Below are positions 43,641-60,028 of a DNA stretch of 64,000 nt, in pieces; position 1 is the stretch's first letter, and the number at the start of each line of letters is the position of its first letter. The position numbers and the translations under genes are program-made. The notes beneath the pieces are model-generated. The model saw only the letters and a list, made by a program, of their open reading frames with translations, was not told the DNA's origin and made no database searches. This DNA is from Octopus vulgaris (taxonomy: Eukaryota), in assembly GCA_951406725.2 (NCBI GenBank), contig OX597820.1, positions 48,112,001-48,176,000 of the forward strand, read 5' to 3'.

Positions 43641-43900
43641 AAACAGTCAAGTTGCTGTGTTTATTAACCTGTGATAAAATAACATTTTGGCTAGTCATTC
43701 ATATTTGTGTGCAGACACAAGGCCAGCGTTGACGAACGAAGGTCCTATATAAGTGTGTACATGTTTACGTGGATATGTTTCTATGGCTTTCGTACTTAAT
43801 ATTATCGGATACACATTAGTTTCACAAGCAGTCTGTTCCGGTAATCGGCATAACTAGAACCCTTCTCGTCTTCACCGACGGCGTGTCAGATATATAAATA

Positions 43901-44412
43901 CCGTAAATCCTCGAGTATAATTAGCATTTTTTCCCAAAATTTAGAGGTCAAAATCCTTAGTTCTTTACTATATATGAGGTTAAAAATGAAAATTATTTTC
44001 TAAGCAATGTCCGAGTCTCTATTTGCTGTTCGGCAATGTTTATTCAGACGCATTTTGTGATGTCGGGCGCGAAAATACCTTAAGCTAAGCCTGAAAGTAA
44101 TGAAGTCATAGAAGAATCATCCATAACTTGCAGTAAGCAACATTTATTAAACGTTATTACAGTTATTTCTTTATTCTCTGCAAACAAAATGCACAAAAAA
44201 GCTACACGCTTGCCTTATGCTATATATACAATAATAATAAAGAACGTTACCGTATACATTTTTACAAACCAAGGACGTTATATAGACGTCCTTGACTCAA
44301 GTTAGAGAAGGGGTGCGTATCATACAAAAAGTTTAGGTTTTTCAGAGGTACACCCCACTAAAAATCCCTTGCGTATTGTACTCAAGGGCGGACTATACTC
44401 GAGGATTTACGG
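43901..44412. mobile_element. TA-flanked MITE (Tc1/mariner-pogo type)
   Basis: TIRs ccgtaaatcctcgagtata / tatactcgaggatttacgg with TA on both sides. Confidence 0.9.
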
Positions 44413-44822
44413 TATATACAGTTTAACTCTGTAATTGACATATATATTTCAATTCTCAGAGATGCAAAGCAGTTATTTTCAAAAGGTAAATTAACATGGT
44501 TACCAGGTTATCTGATATATAAAAACGCGCAAAATTTCTTGCTTGATGCCTGGATGCAAATTCACTCCACCAGGGTAGATTGGAGCCTGAGGGGTGGTGG
44601 AAACAACTAATCCAGGTGAACGCAAATAGAAAATCGTGGTGTATTTTGCTCACTAAGTTGATAACAAATATTTGTACCAAATATTTGCAATCTGCATTTC
44701 CAATAGTGTAGTTAGTCCTGTACAAGACTTCATAACAGAAAATAAATTCTCTGTGTAGGATAACAGCTATAACATTGGCTGTTCGACGCTCATACGTTGA
44801 CTCCAACAAAAGAATCCACTGG

Positions 44823-44884
<62 letters not shown>

Positions 44885-44997
44885 CCATTCTGCTTAAATA
44901 AAGGAACTGAAGATTTAACATCCCTGCATATCACACGTCTCTTTTATTTTTCCACTTCTCTCTCTATTTCATATCTTCTCCAGAATACCTATTCACC

Positions 44998-45045
44998 GTC
45001 TCCGATGAAGGATTATATAACATATCCCAGAAACAGCTGTAAGAC
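44998..45045 (+). ncRNA. Minimal hammerhead, CCGAUGA core, in a PLE pLTR-like block (44880-45260)
   Basis: gtct CCGATGA a ggat tatataacat atcc ca GAAAC agct GTA agac: helix I gtct/agac, palindromic helix III. Confidence 0.7.
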
Positions 45046-45290
45046 CTTCTCTTCATAAATGTTCTGAAATCTTTCAGAGCCTTGTATTTTTATCTCATTC
45101 TGTTAATTTTTATATGTGCATGCTAATAAATGTCCTACGTTGGACTCCTCATTCGTATAATCACCGAACCTAGTGCTTAACTATAGTCTGTCCATAGCAC
45201 TTACTCCGCATTACCTGACACCTTTGGGTCTTTGACATTATTACCACTCATAACCTCAATATATATGTATACATACATACATATATATAT

Positions 45291-45521
45291 AAAATAAGAA
45301 AATGGAGAAATACAGCTAAATCAATTATCAACTACCAGATAATACCCAATCACATATTTTATTAAACCACTACAAATGAACATTAAGGTCAAACATAAAA
45401 ATATAGAACAAAACAGTGTACATGTTTGACCTTAATGTTCATTTGTAGTGGTTTAATAAATTATGTGATTGGGTATTATCTGGTAGTTGATAATTGATGT
45501 ATTTCTCCATTTTCTTATTTT
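45291..45521. repeat. Near-perfect ~100-bp inverted repeat with ~25-nt spacer
   Basis: 45291-45396 is the reverse complement of 45422-45521. Confidence 0.92.
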
Positions 45522-45700
45522 GTATTATTAATTTGTGGTAAAACATTTTACCTTTGCCCATATAATACAGTAAATGAATTAATTGCATCGCAATTCTTAA
45601 CATTTCTGTATTAACATTGTTGGGTACTTCACTAGCAGTATATTGGATATATACTATCCCATGGAGGGTTGCATTTACAACCCCTATCTCAATTTGTAAC

Positions 45701-45778
<78 letters not shown>

Positions 45779-45866
45779 TTGTGAAAAATATATGGCTTGT
45801 GTTAGTAATACCAGCGATTATAATTATTTTTATTTTATCGCAATTTGATTTGTTTATATATATATA

Positions 45867-45930
<64 letters not shown>

Positions 45931-45960
45931 CCCATTGTATGTATATATATTATATATATA

Positions 45961-46010
<50 letters not shown>

Positions 46011-46024
46011 ATATATATATATAA

Positions 46025-47670
<1,646 letters not shown>

Positions 47671-48589
47671 ACCTTCATTTATAATTTTTAGATTTTCATA
47701 CTAATTAAATCTTCAAGAACTCAAATACTTTCCCCATCATATTTTTTAAAGATATTTTTTCATTCCATTAGTGTCTAAGATTTTATCACTTCATTTAATT
47801 ATTTAATTTCATTTCATTTACTAAAATAAAATATCTCTGTTTTTAGATGCATTTCTTTAAATTTTATAAAACTGAAGGAAAGCAACTTATTTTAATCGTT
47901 TAAGATTTGTACTCCTTACAAACTTAATCCTGTAAAAAGGAAAGTCGGTGAAGTTAAACATACGTCCAAGTAATTACATATGACGATTGCATATGTAATT
48001 ACTTAATTTAGCCGGAATTTTGGAGTTACAATGTACATTTTAAAAGAAGGTTTTTTTCCTTTCTATACAACAACGATGCATACATACAGCCATATATATT
48101 TGCACCGCCCATCCAATCAGCCATCTATTCATAAATACATACACATACATAAAACATGTGTCTGTTTGCGTATAGAATTTCTCTTTCTCTCTCCTCTCTC
48201 TACGCGCAGACACACACACACACACACACATATATATGGGTGTGTGTGGATGTGTGAATGTGTACATATACAGCAAACCCAGAAATGTATTTATGTGTAC
48301 ATACATGTATATGTGTATATAAATGTATGTATATACACACATATATATATATATATATATACATATACATACATACACATATACATATATTTATGTGTAT
48401 ATATATATGTATAAATGTGTATACTTATATATATATATATATATATGTATAAACTCATATATATATATGCATATATACATATACATTCTAAGAGAAATAC
48501 ACGGGGAGACATAAAAAAGGATAGCGTGAAGAAGACAGGCTAGCAATTAGATACTTACACATACACGCATTAGTATATACGTGTGTGTA

Positions 48590-48640
<51 letters not shown>

Positions 48641-49148
48641 GTGTGTGTATACAACGATGGCTTCTGAGACAAGCGGACAGTGCGCGCACATAACTCTACG
48701 GCTAGATTGAAGTTGTGCCAAAATTATATTATACCTCTTATGCAAAGTTTGATTTATTTTAGAAACGCTTCTATAATGAGGAGACTAGGTGGAGGGATAT
48801 GGTACCTGCAGAAGTTAAACAGAAGCTGAGGTCATCTGATGACCTTTGCTCGCACTAGCCACTATATTAATCACATGGTCCGGTTAACAAGCACGTTTAG
48901 CGATTGGCTACGTATAGTGCTTAGGAAATCTGCAACAATCTGTGCGTGTGTATGTATATACGTAGATATGTTCGTGTAAGTAAACATAAATTTATGTACG
49001 TACGAGTGTATACACATTTGTACATAGGCGGATGCGTATGTACTTATGTAGGTATTGTAATGTCTGTAAAGACATATATCTTTATATATGTTAGTATATG
49101 TATGCATATATATATATATATAAATATATACATACATACTTGCATATA

Positions 49149-49196
<48 letters not shown>

Positions 49197-49245
49197 TATA
49201 TATGCATATATATGTCAATATATAGTGCATGCATACATACATACA

Positions 49246-49305
<60 letters not shown>

Positions 49306-49319
49306 CATACATACATACA

Positions 49320-49388
<69 letters not shown>

Positions 49389-49703
49389 TGTACAAATATA
49401 CGGGGCGATTTTCTTTTATTGACCAATCTGAATCGATCTCCGCCTGTCTACGAAAACTATTAAAAACAAAAAAAAAAAGAAAAAGGAAAGGATACGGAAA
49501 TTAAAATTAGTAAAAATTGTCATAAATTAGATTGACTCATAATTGGATGATGGAAAGAGAGGAAGAAAGAGTAAGAGAAGGGGAGAGTGGGAGACTTTCA
49601 ATAAAAGACAGAGATACACTGTATATAAATGGAGAGATAGAGAGAGAGGTAGGGAGTGATAGAGTGAGGCAGAGCGCGATTTAGATGAATTGATAGACAG
49701 GCT

Positions 49704-49803
<100 letters not shown>

Positions 49804-50002
49804 GGAGATTTAAGGTTATGCACATATGAAGGAGTGGTTTCCATGACAGGGAGATAGAAATATGGGAAGATGGTCAGTATACTCTGGGAGGCAGATGTAA
49901 GGCCTAACCTAACAAAGATAAAACTGAAAACCAAGGAAAAGTGAGCGATTTAGACGTGTACATGTGTGTATGTGTGTGTAGATATATGTTTTCATGAACA
50001 AT

Positions 50003-50190
50003 GAGGAATGACCACCAAAATGGACTCCCAAGATGCTAAAGATAGACGTCAAATCGCCTTTCAGTTGTCTTGCTCATTTTTATATTCTGGCATTTTGCTG
50101 AAATTTTTACTGAGAACGCACTCTTCGTGGTAAGGCGATTTCACGTCTACCTTTAGCATATTAGGAGTCCTCTTTGGTGGTCATTTCTCC
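50003..50190. mobile_element. Small MITE-like inverted repeat (~55-bp arms)
   Basis: aatgaccaccaaaatggactcc...atgctaaagatagacgtcaaatcgcctt / aaggcgatttcacgtctacctttagcat...ggagtcctctttggtggtcatt. Confidence 0.8.
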
Positions 50191-50289
50191 TAATTTTGTA
50201 TGCAATATAACTTTTAATCTTCGAACTAATTAAGATATTAGCATGCAATGCAATAATCGCTTTGATCTCAGGCAATTAAACAAATCTCA

Positions 50290-50908
50290 TAATCTTTTCT
50301 ACTCTGGGCACAAGGCTCCAAATTTTGGGGGAAGGGCCCATTCGATTAGATCGGCCCTAGTACGCAACTGGTACTCCAGTTATCGACCCCGAAAGAATGA
50401 AAGGCAAAGTCGACCTCGACGGAATTTCAACTCAGAACATAATGACAGAAGAAATACTGCTAAGCATTTTGCCCGGCGTGATAACGTTTCTCATTTCTTT
50501 ATTGCCCACAAGGGGCTAAACACAGAGGGGACAAACAAGGACAGACAAACGGATTAAGTCGATTACATGGACCCCAGTGCGTAACTGGTACTTATGTAAT
50601 CGACCCCGAAAGGATGAAAGGCAAAGTCGACCTCGGCAGAATTTGAACTCAGAACGTAATGGCAGAAGAAATACCTATTTCTTTACTAACCACAAGGGGC
50701 TAAACGCAGAGGAGACAAACAAGGACAGACAAACGGATTAAGTCGATTACATCGACCACAGTGCGTAACTGGTACTTAATTTATCGACCCCGAAAGGATG
50801 AAAGGCAAAGTCGACCTCGGAGGAATTTGAACTCAGAACGTAGCGGCAGACGAAATACGGCTACGCATTTCGCCCGGCGTGATAACGTTTCTGCCAGCTC
50901 ACCGCCTT
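50290..50908 (-). mobile_element. Three concatenated or nested CORE-type SINE copies
   Basis: cgaccccgaaag(g/a)atgaaaggcaaagtcgacctcg at ~50384, ~50601 and ~50784; reverse complement of 21457-21692. Confidence 0.9.
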
Positions 50909-51557
50909 AACAAATCTGAAGAAATGCCTTTAAAACATATCGGAAATTTTTATTCTGTTCAAAATAACGGAGCTTTAATTGTATAAATCGTATATATTTT
51001 ATGCTTTATAGACAAGCTACTTTACATTTTTTACTCTTTTCCTTGTCTCAGTCATTGGACTGCAGCCATACTGGAGTACCGCACCGAACCGCATTGAAGT
51101 GTTTAACCAATCAAAACAGCGCCAGTACTTTTTTTTTAATCTGGCATTTCTAATACCGTTAGCTATCGAACAGTTATGTTACAATGACATAAACAAACTA
51201 ATACCGGCTGTCAAGCGTTGGGATAATGCAAACATAAATATGCACACTCTTAACGCAAAACGCCGGGAAAACGACAGCAAAATATACAAGTACATCATTC
51301 ATAGTGTTAATCTACCACCCAGGCCTGGTACTGTATTTCAGCGACCTCAGAAGGATGGAAGGTAATATTGACCTCAACGGAATTTGAACTCAGAGCATAT
51401 AAAATAGGAACAAATACTACGAGGCATTCTTTTCGACGGTCTAAAGACTTTTCCACTTTACCTTCGTCGTCATTTTAATCATCATCAACAGCATCATCGT
51501 CGTCGTCGTCGTAATTTAGTCGCTGCCGTCATCATCATTACCGACGGCACACGCAGT

Positions 51558-51755
51558 CTTCTTCTTGTTCTTGTTCTTGTTCTTCCTCTTGTTCTTCTTG
51601 TTCTTGTTCTTGTTCTTCTTGTTCTTCTTTCCTTCTTCTCTTCTTTTCTTCTTCTTCTTCTTCTTCTTCTTTTTCTTCTTCTTTTTCTTCTTCTTTTCTT
51701 CTTCTTTTCTTCTTCTTCTTCTTCTTCTTCTTCTTCTTCTTCTTCTTCTTTTCTT

Positions 51756-51854
<99 letters not shown>

Positions 51855-51900
51855 ACTCTACTACTACTACTTCTTCTTCTTCTTCTTCTTCTTCATCGTC
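51558..51900. repeat. Compound (TTC/TTG)n-(TAC)n microsatellite
   Basis: Directly visible. Confidence 0.95.
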
Positions 51901-52524
51901 ATCATACAGTCGTCGCATAGCCGTCGATGTATCGTCGTCATCACCTTTGCCATTTTCTGTCGTCGTCGTCGTCGTCGTTGGAACCACCAACACAACCATT
52001 TCGAACAACAAAAAAAACAACAACAACAACAAAATCTATCGCCTTCTCAAGCTCAGTTCCCAATGAAATTATCTCTGAATCAATCACCAAACTTAGAAGG
52101 CCAAACAAACGTTTCACTTCACAACTCTCACCGATTCCTTGTCATTTGTTCGTCTTTGGTTTTGACGTATGATGACAAATGCGTTCGTGGTTAACTTGAG
52201 CCATTTCACATTCGCTATTTTAGAATCAAATACTTGTAGCAATAAAATGGTATGAGATTGTCTATGATGAAGTCTACTTTACGTAACAACACCATAAATC
52301 GCATAGAACTAATTAGTTTTATGGAATGATATTTATCCGAATTTACTCGAATATATTTGTTCCAGAACAAGTCTAGAAATATATCTTTTTATAAACTGAA
52401 TTAATTCAAGAGGCTATATGATGAGTTGTATAATTTAAGTTTCTTTGGAACTAATATTTCAATCCAAAACCTTTCCATCTAGATTTATCCTGGTAAAAAA
52501 AAAATCGGTATTTTTGTATACGAC

Positions 52525-52557
<33 letters not shown>

Positions 52558-52785
52558 TGTATGTATGTATGTATGTATGTATGTATGTATGTATGTAGGT
52601 ATGTAAGTCTGTATATATATTGGCAAGGTTAAGAAGTTAAAAGTGAAATGAAGAAAATGTTTCGAAAACTTTATCATAAAGACGAGAAGTATTCATATTT
52701 TTATAGAATACGTTACTAGTTTCAGTCGCTAATAAAATTTGACTTATGAACGCATCAATCTCTGTCTCGCTCCTCTCCCTGTCTG

Positions 52786-52820
<35 letters not shown>

Positions 52821-52845
52821 ATTTATCTGTCTTTCTGTCAGTCTG

Positions 52846-52913
<68 letters not shown>

Positions 52914-53129
52914 CATGTCTGTCTGTCTGGATGTGCGCGCATAGATTTACGTAATCGAAAAGTCAATAATAATAAAAGGTAAAATTAATTAATCAATTTA
53001 TAATTAATAATCATACCAAGTTACTTGGTAATTGAAAGCCGGGTGGATTCGTTATTTTTTTCTCTTTGCCTGCGGGAGTTGAGAGTATTGCTGTCTAGGA
53101 GATATCTTAGGGTAGTCTCTGCGCCCTTT

Positions 53130-53371
53130 TTTAAAACCTAGCCAGGCTCATGGGCCCAGTTTCCCGGTTTCTATGGTGTATGTATTCCCTAGGTGGACGG
53201 GACGCCAGTCCATTGCAGCGTTACTCATTTTTGCCAGGTGAGTGGAATGGAGCAACGTGAAATGAAGTGTTTTGCTCAAGAACACAACGTGTCGCCCCGT
53301 CCAGGAATCGAAGCCACAATCTTTCGATCATGGTGCTGACACCCTAACCACTAAGCCACGCGCCTCCACAT
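53130..53371 (-). mobile_element. tRNA-derived SINE
   Basis: Reverse complement tgtggaggcgcgtggcttagtggttagggtgtcagc...ggcttcgattcctgga (A/B boxes). Confidence 0.85.
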
Positions 53372-54098
53372 CTTATGGTAGTAGAATAGTATTTAACTGC
53401 TATTTCTAAATTTCAGTATGTGTTGAAGCAATTTTGCTAAGACGAAATTATAATTATTTTTATAATTATAATAATTTTTGTATAATCGAAAAGTCATATA
53501 AATAGTTTAAAAGCATTAAGATCTGTTGCAGTCACTTTTCCATACATGTTGCGTCATAGGTGTAAGTATTCACGCCAAGGGCTAGTCAAAGGCTATATAA
53601 CAACAGTAACGTCATAACGTGTAGGATGACTTCAAAGCTAAATCTAGTTTGGATATTAACAGAAGCTCGAATTATAATTTATAGTAAGTAAAAGAGGAAA
53701 GAATCATTGTGTACTGTAGCTCTATATAAATTATGTTTAAAAGAGATAAAGGATTGTTATAGTATTATGCTTATGATTCATCAACAACTACGGCTATCGA
53801 ATTTATAGGAGCCGATAAGGTCTGCCATACCTTTCCGATCTACGTTTTACCGTTTGCTTTTTCCAGGCTTTGGGCTGCATTCACGCTGGGGTACCACTCT
53901 GAAGTGTTTTAGTGGAGCAATCGATTCCAGTAATTCTAAACACTACGACTAATGTAATCTTTATTTAAAAGATGCAACTTACTTTCATAATGTTCAGTAT
54001 CAGTACGACTTAGATATATATATACGATTATGAAATGCAAAGCAATGGGTTTATGTTCTATGTTTTTTTATATACCTGCATTTATTTAGATAATACAA

Positions 54099-54400
<302 letters not shown>

Positions 54401-54416
54401 TATATATATATATATA

Positions 54417-54467
<51 letters not shown>

Positions 54468-54594
54468 TGATAAATATATATATACATACATTCACACACA
54501 TATTTTCAGTAATATGTGGGTCAGGAGGATGACAGGAACATACAGGAAACAGAAAAATGCGCACACAATGGGCGTGGAAACGCACGCACACACT

Positions 54595-54663
<69 letters not shown>

Positions 54664-54799
54664 ACACTCAGATAAAACTGAAAGTCTGCATAAATTACAT
54701 AAGGACATCAACGGATTACTGACAAATAGCATCACACAGACATATAATAAAAATAAATACCAGCACCTTGGCGAAAATCAATAATGTATCAAAACTTAT

Positions 54800-56330
54800 A
54801 CCAGACCAGTAAAACTTAGAATATAGTATAGACTGCTTAACCATATGAGAATAATATATCACGTTGAGGAACGACCTGACCAATTAGTATTATTTTCAAA
54901 ATGCTGGCGGATAATTCATACAAAGAAGGAACATCTTTTAGTAAGAACACTGAAAATAACAGAAACCAAGAAATTTAAAAGACCACTAACCAACGATAAT
55001 GAAATTATAATAATGCGCTTGACTTGTTTAATATTACCAATAACAAAAATGCAACTCTCCTCAATTTGATAATGGTGGGTTCTACGCACAATTTCCATAT
55101 CTTTTCTCCCCAAGGTTCTGGGCAAAAATGAAAAGAACCAGATTCATTAGTAACTAAGTTTTCAATTTATTCATTTTCTGATTTTGACAACGATTCTACA
55201 TCGCTGGATATCTGCAACGAAACATTTGATATTGCTACAGCCAATTGCACTGAGCTGTAGTTTGTGTGATAACGAACCAAAACTGGAATCTACGTCGGAA
55301 TCTACAAAAGCTATTCAAATAACTTTGAATTTTCTCACAACATAATTGGTGTCACATCCAACTTATTGAGTAAACTAATACAGTAGAAAATTAATTCGCA
55401 CATTATATAGATCCGCATTAAGAATAAATTTGTCACCAACATAAACCTTTTGAGATTTAGGGTTAGACCTCAAAATACAAACCTTCTAGAAAACCTAATG
55501 CGTAGTCAATGTGCATTTAAAATTTCATGACATCCTTTAAAGATAATGCAAAATAATAATAACCTATATAGCAAATTAATACCAATTGCATCATGAGATA
55601 CGGTAAATTTTAATAAAACTGCCATATTTTACTTTAGAAAATAGCGTACCTAAAGAAAGAAACAACGTAACAAAAGATTGAAGAGCATGTAAACAGAAAT
55701 AGAAAATGGTTTACAAATCTGGTTTAATTTGCGCTTCAGCAAATGCGTAAAACAAATTATACATCAAACTATCTTAAACCTACTAAAAAAACAAAAAGTT
55801 GTCAATTATAAACTACACGAGTTGTGTAATAACAACGTCAACATTAATTATAAATCTACGAAAACATTCTTTGGGTAACAACTTTGAAATTTCTGTCAAA
55901 AATAATGTGAGTTGGTAATCCAGTGTAACCGCAAGAATAAACATATGTGACACTTTAAAGCAAAACGCGTAAAGAAAGCAATATTTCATGAAATGAAAAT
56001 AATATCAGAAGCAACGAGTGCACGTAAACACCGCAACATTTTATGCCAAATATCTTTGAAATAAGTGTACTTAAATAAATGTCCAGCTTTAGCAGTGAGA
56101 AAAGGAGAAACAATATTGCTTTAGCAAGAACTAACATCTGAAATAGATGTGTTGACCATCTCCATTCCGAATGGTTAATCATTGAACATAACATGCCCAG
56201 CACGATTAAGCGAAGTAATGCCGATCATATGTGGTATGAAATTTCATACATCCATCAAGCAAAACCTATAATTTAAACGAAACAACTGAAATTATGATCA
56301 AATACCATCACGGGAACAAATTTCGCCTGG
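54800..56330 (+). pseudogene. Heavily decayed Penelope-like element ORF (RT thumb, linker, GIY-YIG C-terminus)
   Basis: In-order remnants DLGLDLK / KYKPSRKPN / S*HPLKIMQN (~55450-55555), IWFNLRFSKCVKQ...ILNLLKK...YKLHELCNNNVNINY (55718-55860) and LNETTEIMIKYHHGNKF (~56273-56323). These parallel remembered PLE motifs YKPYRKPN, SNHPP, IWFNPP.S..VK and LNKRSELISKCRH.NKF. Confidence 0.7.
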
Positions 56331-56513
56331 CAAATTGTAAGTGGAATAGAATCAAAATGACATAGAGAATAGAAAAAAAATGGGACACACCGAACGCTCA
56401 GAAAACGCTTTCTCGCGGTACAGAAAAATAGCTTCTCCCTGTTAGTTTTAGAATTCTACGGTGCAAAAGTTTCAAAGGACAAAAATTAACTACTTCTGCC
56501 TCTCTCTTTTTCT

Positions 56514-56553
<40 letters not shown>

Positions 56554-57318
56554 ATCTCACTTTTGCAACCTCTCTATTATCTATATCTACCCATGAATGT
56601 CTGGGGTATATTATTGATTTCAACTGTAAACGAACATAAATACAAACTACAGAAGCTAAGGGGATATAACCCCAACGTGCTAGTGACTAGGATTTAGAAA
56701 TCGGCATCCACATATGTGTACAACTGCTGGTTAAAGTTATTATTAATAAGTTCCCTCACGAACACAGAAGTAAAACAAAAACTTAGTGGTTATCATTAAC
56801 AACTTCGAATGAGAAAAGGGAGATCATATTCAAGCAAGTTTCTGGTTCAATTAGCATGTTTTGGAAAAAGAAAAACAGAACAGACTTCTTTTTGTTTCCC
56901 AGATGAGTGACTGCTATGAACTCTTTAGGGTCCTATTTAAGCCTCATCAGTATATCATAATATTTCTCAACTCCTGAAAGATGTAGGCAATTCAGTGTAT
57001 ATGGAATTTCGCATTATATGTTCTTGTTAAACGTGTTTATTTCCATTAATAAAACAGACTGTACCCATGGGAAAATACGTCAAAGAAGGCAGTGATATGA
57101 AGTTGTATAAAAAGCTGGTTGGAGAGTTTTGTACTGAATATCATCAATTCTTAATTTATTAATTTATTAAAATTTACGGCGCAGATGAACAAAAGCCCTG
57201 CGATAATTGTCAGCAATTCTGAATAAGAGGAAAGATAATTTCAAGAAATTAAGAAGAATTAAAATTTTTAAAGATATGCCTTGGAGAAAGTACAACCAGA
57301 TTTTTGTTTCCCTAATTA

Positions 57319-58627
57319 CGATGTCAAATCAAAAAAGTATCGGGATTGATGCTATAAAAAGAAAACTTCAACGCACATCAATTCTGAATTTAATTTAATC
57401 TCCTTCACAGTAACCTCCTTTTAAAGCTGCAAACTTTGTCTAGCGTTGTTTCTTTCCATTGATGGAAGCGTTCCCGGAACTCATTTTTTAGGATGGAAAG
57501 TAGCTGCTTTGTCGCATTCTATTAGATTTTCTCGACGTCTTGAAATATTGTTCTTTACGGGTGGGATTTAATTTTGGTAAAGAGGAAAAAGTCGCAATGG
57601 GCATGATTTGGGGAATATGGTGGTTGTCGCACCTAGGAAACATTGTACTTGACCAAACATTGTTGCACAAAGCAGCACTATATGGGCAAATTCGTTGTCA
57701 TGGTGGAGTTGATACTCACTGAATGCGTGCAGTTCTGTACATTTCCGACAAGCAGCATCTCAAACGCCGCAACACGTCACGGTAGTACTCCTTGCTTACT
57801 GTTTGACTTGGTGAAGGATACTCATGATGAACCAAGCCTTTGTCGAAGAAAACTCTCAAAAGCGTCTTCATATTGCATCGACTCATTCGTGTTGTCTTCG
57901 GTTCGGAGAGACCGGGGTCATCAAGTCACCAACTAAGAATAACTGAGCCTTTGTTTCCGGGTCATAGTGATAGAGCCACGATTCTTCGCCTGTTATGACG
58001 TTTACTAAAAGTCTTTGTCTTCCTCGAAACAATCCAGGTGAGCCTGCGCGGTTGAAATCCGATTGTTCTTTTGGTCAACTGAAAGATGTCTTGTAACAAA
58101 AATGAAAGACACACGTCTCATATTCAAGTCTTCAATGAGATGGACCGAACTGAATCATAACTATTGCTCACAACCCCCGAGATCTCACTCACGGTGATTC
58201 AACTGTATTTCTGAACAGCTGCTCGCACATCTGGGATGTTTTCACCAGTTCTGCTGGCTGCAGGTATCCTAGAACGTGCACCAGAGTCTACATTTTGCCG
58301 CCCCTCTTGGAACCGTTTGAACCACCCGTACCCACGTGCTCGGCTCATACACTTCTCCCCATAAACGTTCTGCACATCTGCGAAAGTCTTTGCGCAGTTA
58401 TGACTAAGCTTTTGGTAGAATTTGAAGCAAATGCTCTGCTCAATTTTCTCTGGAATGGTCACTTTACTTCCAAGCTTTACTTTCCAAAATGGAAGTGAGA
58501 AAGAACGTTATAACTTTTGAGCATGCACCACAGAAATCAAGGTCCATCTGTACAAAGCGGCTTTATTCTGCGTATTTTAGCCCGTTACCATAACAACAAT
58601 CCCGATACATTTCGATCAATCCTCATG
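57319..58627 (-). mobile_element. Full-length but decayed mariner transposon (~1.3 kb)
   Basis: TIR cores gtatcgggattg / caatcccgatac. ORF 58199..58462 EQSICFKF...VYGEKCMSRARGYGWFKRFQEGR is an HTH region; ITGEESWLYHYDPETK near 57950-57997. Confidence 0.9.
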
Positions 58628-59027
58628 TTAATTCAACCGTGAAATTTCCCATAAACTAATGTAATTTTTTTAGCAGTTGTGACGAGGGCTGAATAAAGTA
58701 CAACACTTCTACAGGTTTTTTTTTTTTTTACATTTTTCGTGCTGCCAAAATTTTCCGGTAGCCGTTGTCTGTACTGTTGTCTACATAAGATTAAAAAAAC
58801 AACCGCAAATGGATAACAGGAAGGGAGGACATATATATAAGTAAATAATTAACGAAAAAATATACAGAAAAATAGAAATAAGATTATGAATATATAATTA
58901 GAAATAGGAAAGAATGTCTGAATGGTTGGATGTAAGTACTCACACACGCGCACGTACACATACACATACACACACACGAACATACACATACATACGTACA
59001 TATATATATATATATACATGTATGTAA

Positions 59028-59083
<56 letters not shown>

Positions 59084-59899
59084 AAAACAAGTCAAAAATA
59101 GAAAATGCTAAAATAATTTTATAGTGAACATTTCAGTACCGGTTTCGGTCATTTTGAGACCTTTTCAACTGTAACGATTAAATAATTAAATTTAGAAAAA
59201 TTAGAAGAAAAGTTTTTTTAAAGGAATATTTCTATAGTAGTGTTCAGATTTAAGTGGCATTCTGCCTTTCTCTGACTCCCTTGTTTGCACTTGTGTGTTG
59301 GAGGTCGTTGTGAGTTCTTGGTAGGGTAGTAGAGGAAGAATGCTGGTGAGGAAAGGGGGTGGGAGAATCTGGGAGTGCCCTGATGGTCGTATTTTGAATG
59401 GTCAGTGGCGGCTGGCAGTCTCAGTTCAATTCAGGAGAATATTTATATTGACAGGCTTGTTTATAGAATTTGCGTAGGTGTTATACTAAAGAACATTAGT
59501 GACAAAGTTAAGGGGTAGGAGGTGGAGAAGTAGAAGAAGAAGAAGAAGAAGAAGAAGTGGAAGAAGAAGAAGAAGAAGAAGAAGAAGAAGAAGAAGGAGA
59601 AGGAGAAGATGACGATGATGGTGATGGTGGTGATGATTATGACGACGATGATGATGATAATGATGATGATGAAGAAGAAGAGGAAGAAGAAGAAAAAACA
59701 GAGAAGGGAGAATATGAATGGGTTAAAGTAGTGAGGTGTTGTATGACTTGAAGTTGGTATGTTATGGATTATTGCTGTGATTTTAGCTGTGATTAGTAAT
59801 GGATTCTTTGGAATGTAATATTTGTGTGTGAATATTTCTTTTATTCTAAAGTTGAGGCATATTAATTGTTTGTCGTAGACAACAAAAAAAAAAAAAACA

Positions 59900-60028
59900 C
59901 CAAGCTTCAGGATTTTCCCCCTCTACCAATTTAGGGACGATACAACCTCGAGACAACGAATAAGTAAAGAAACTCTCTTTATTGCAAAATACAGGCCACT
60001 TCTTAACGGGTCTACGACAAACAATTAA
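59900..60028 (+). pseudogene. C-terminal fragment of a PLE GIY-YIG endonuclease
   Basis: Translates to PSFRIFPLYQFRDDTTSRQRISKETLFIAKYRPLLNGSTTNN*, with the R..KE..FI.K..P.LN terminal GIY-YIG pattern. Confidence 0.75.

Noticed and set aside
56905-56955. Minus-strand CTGATGAGG motif downstream of the PLE fossil
   Set aside because: Followed by cctaaa rather than GAAA, with no convincing helix I or III.
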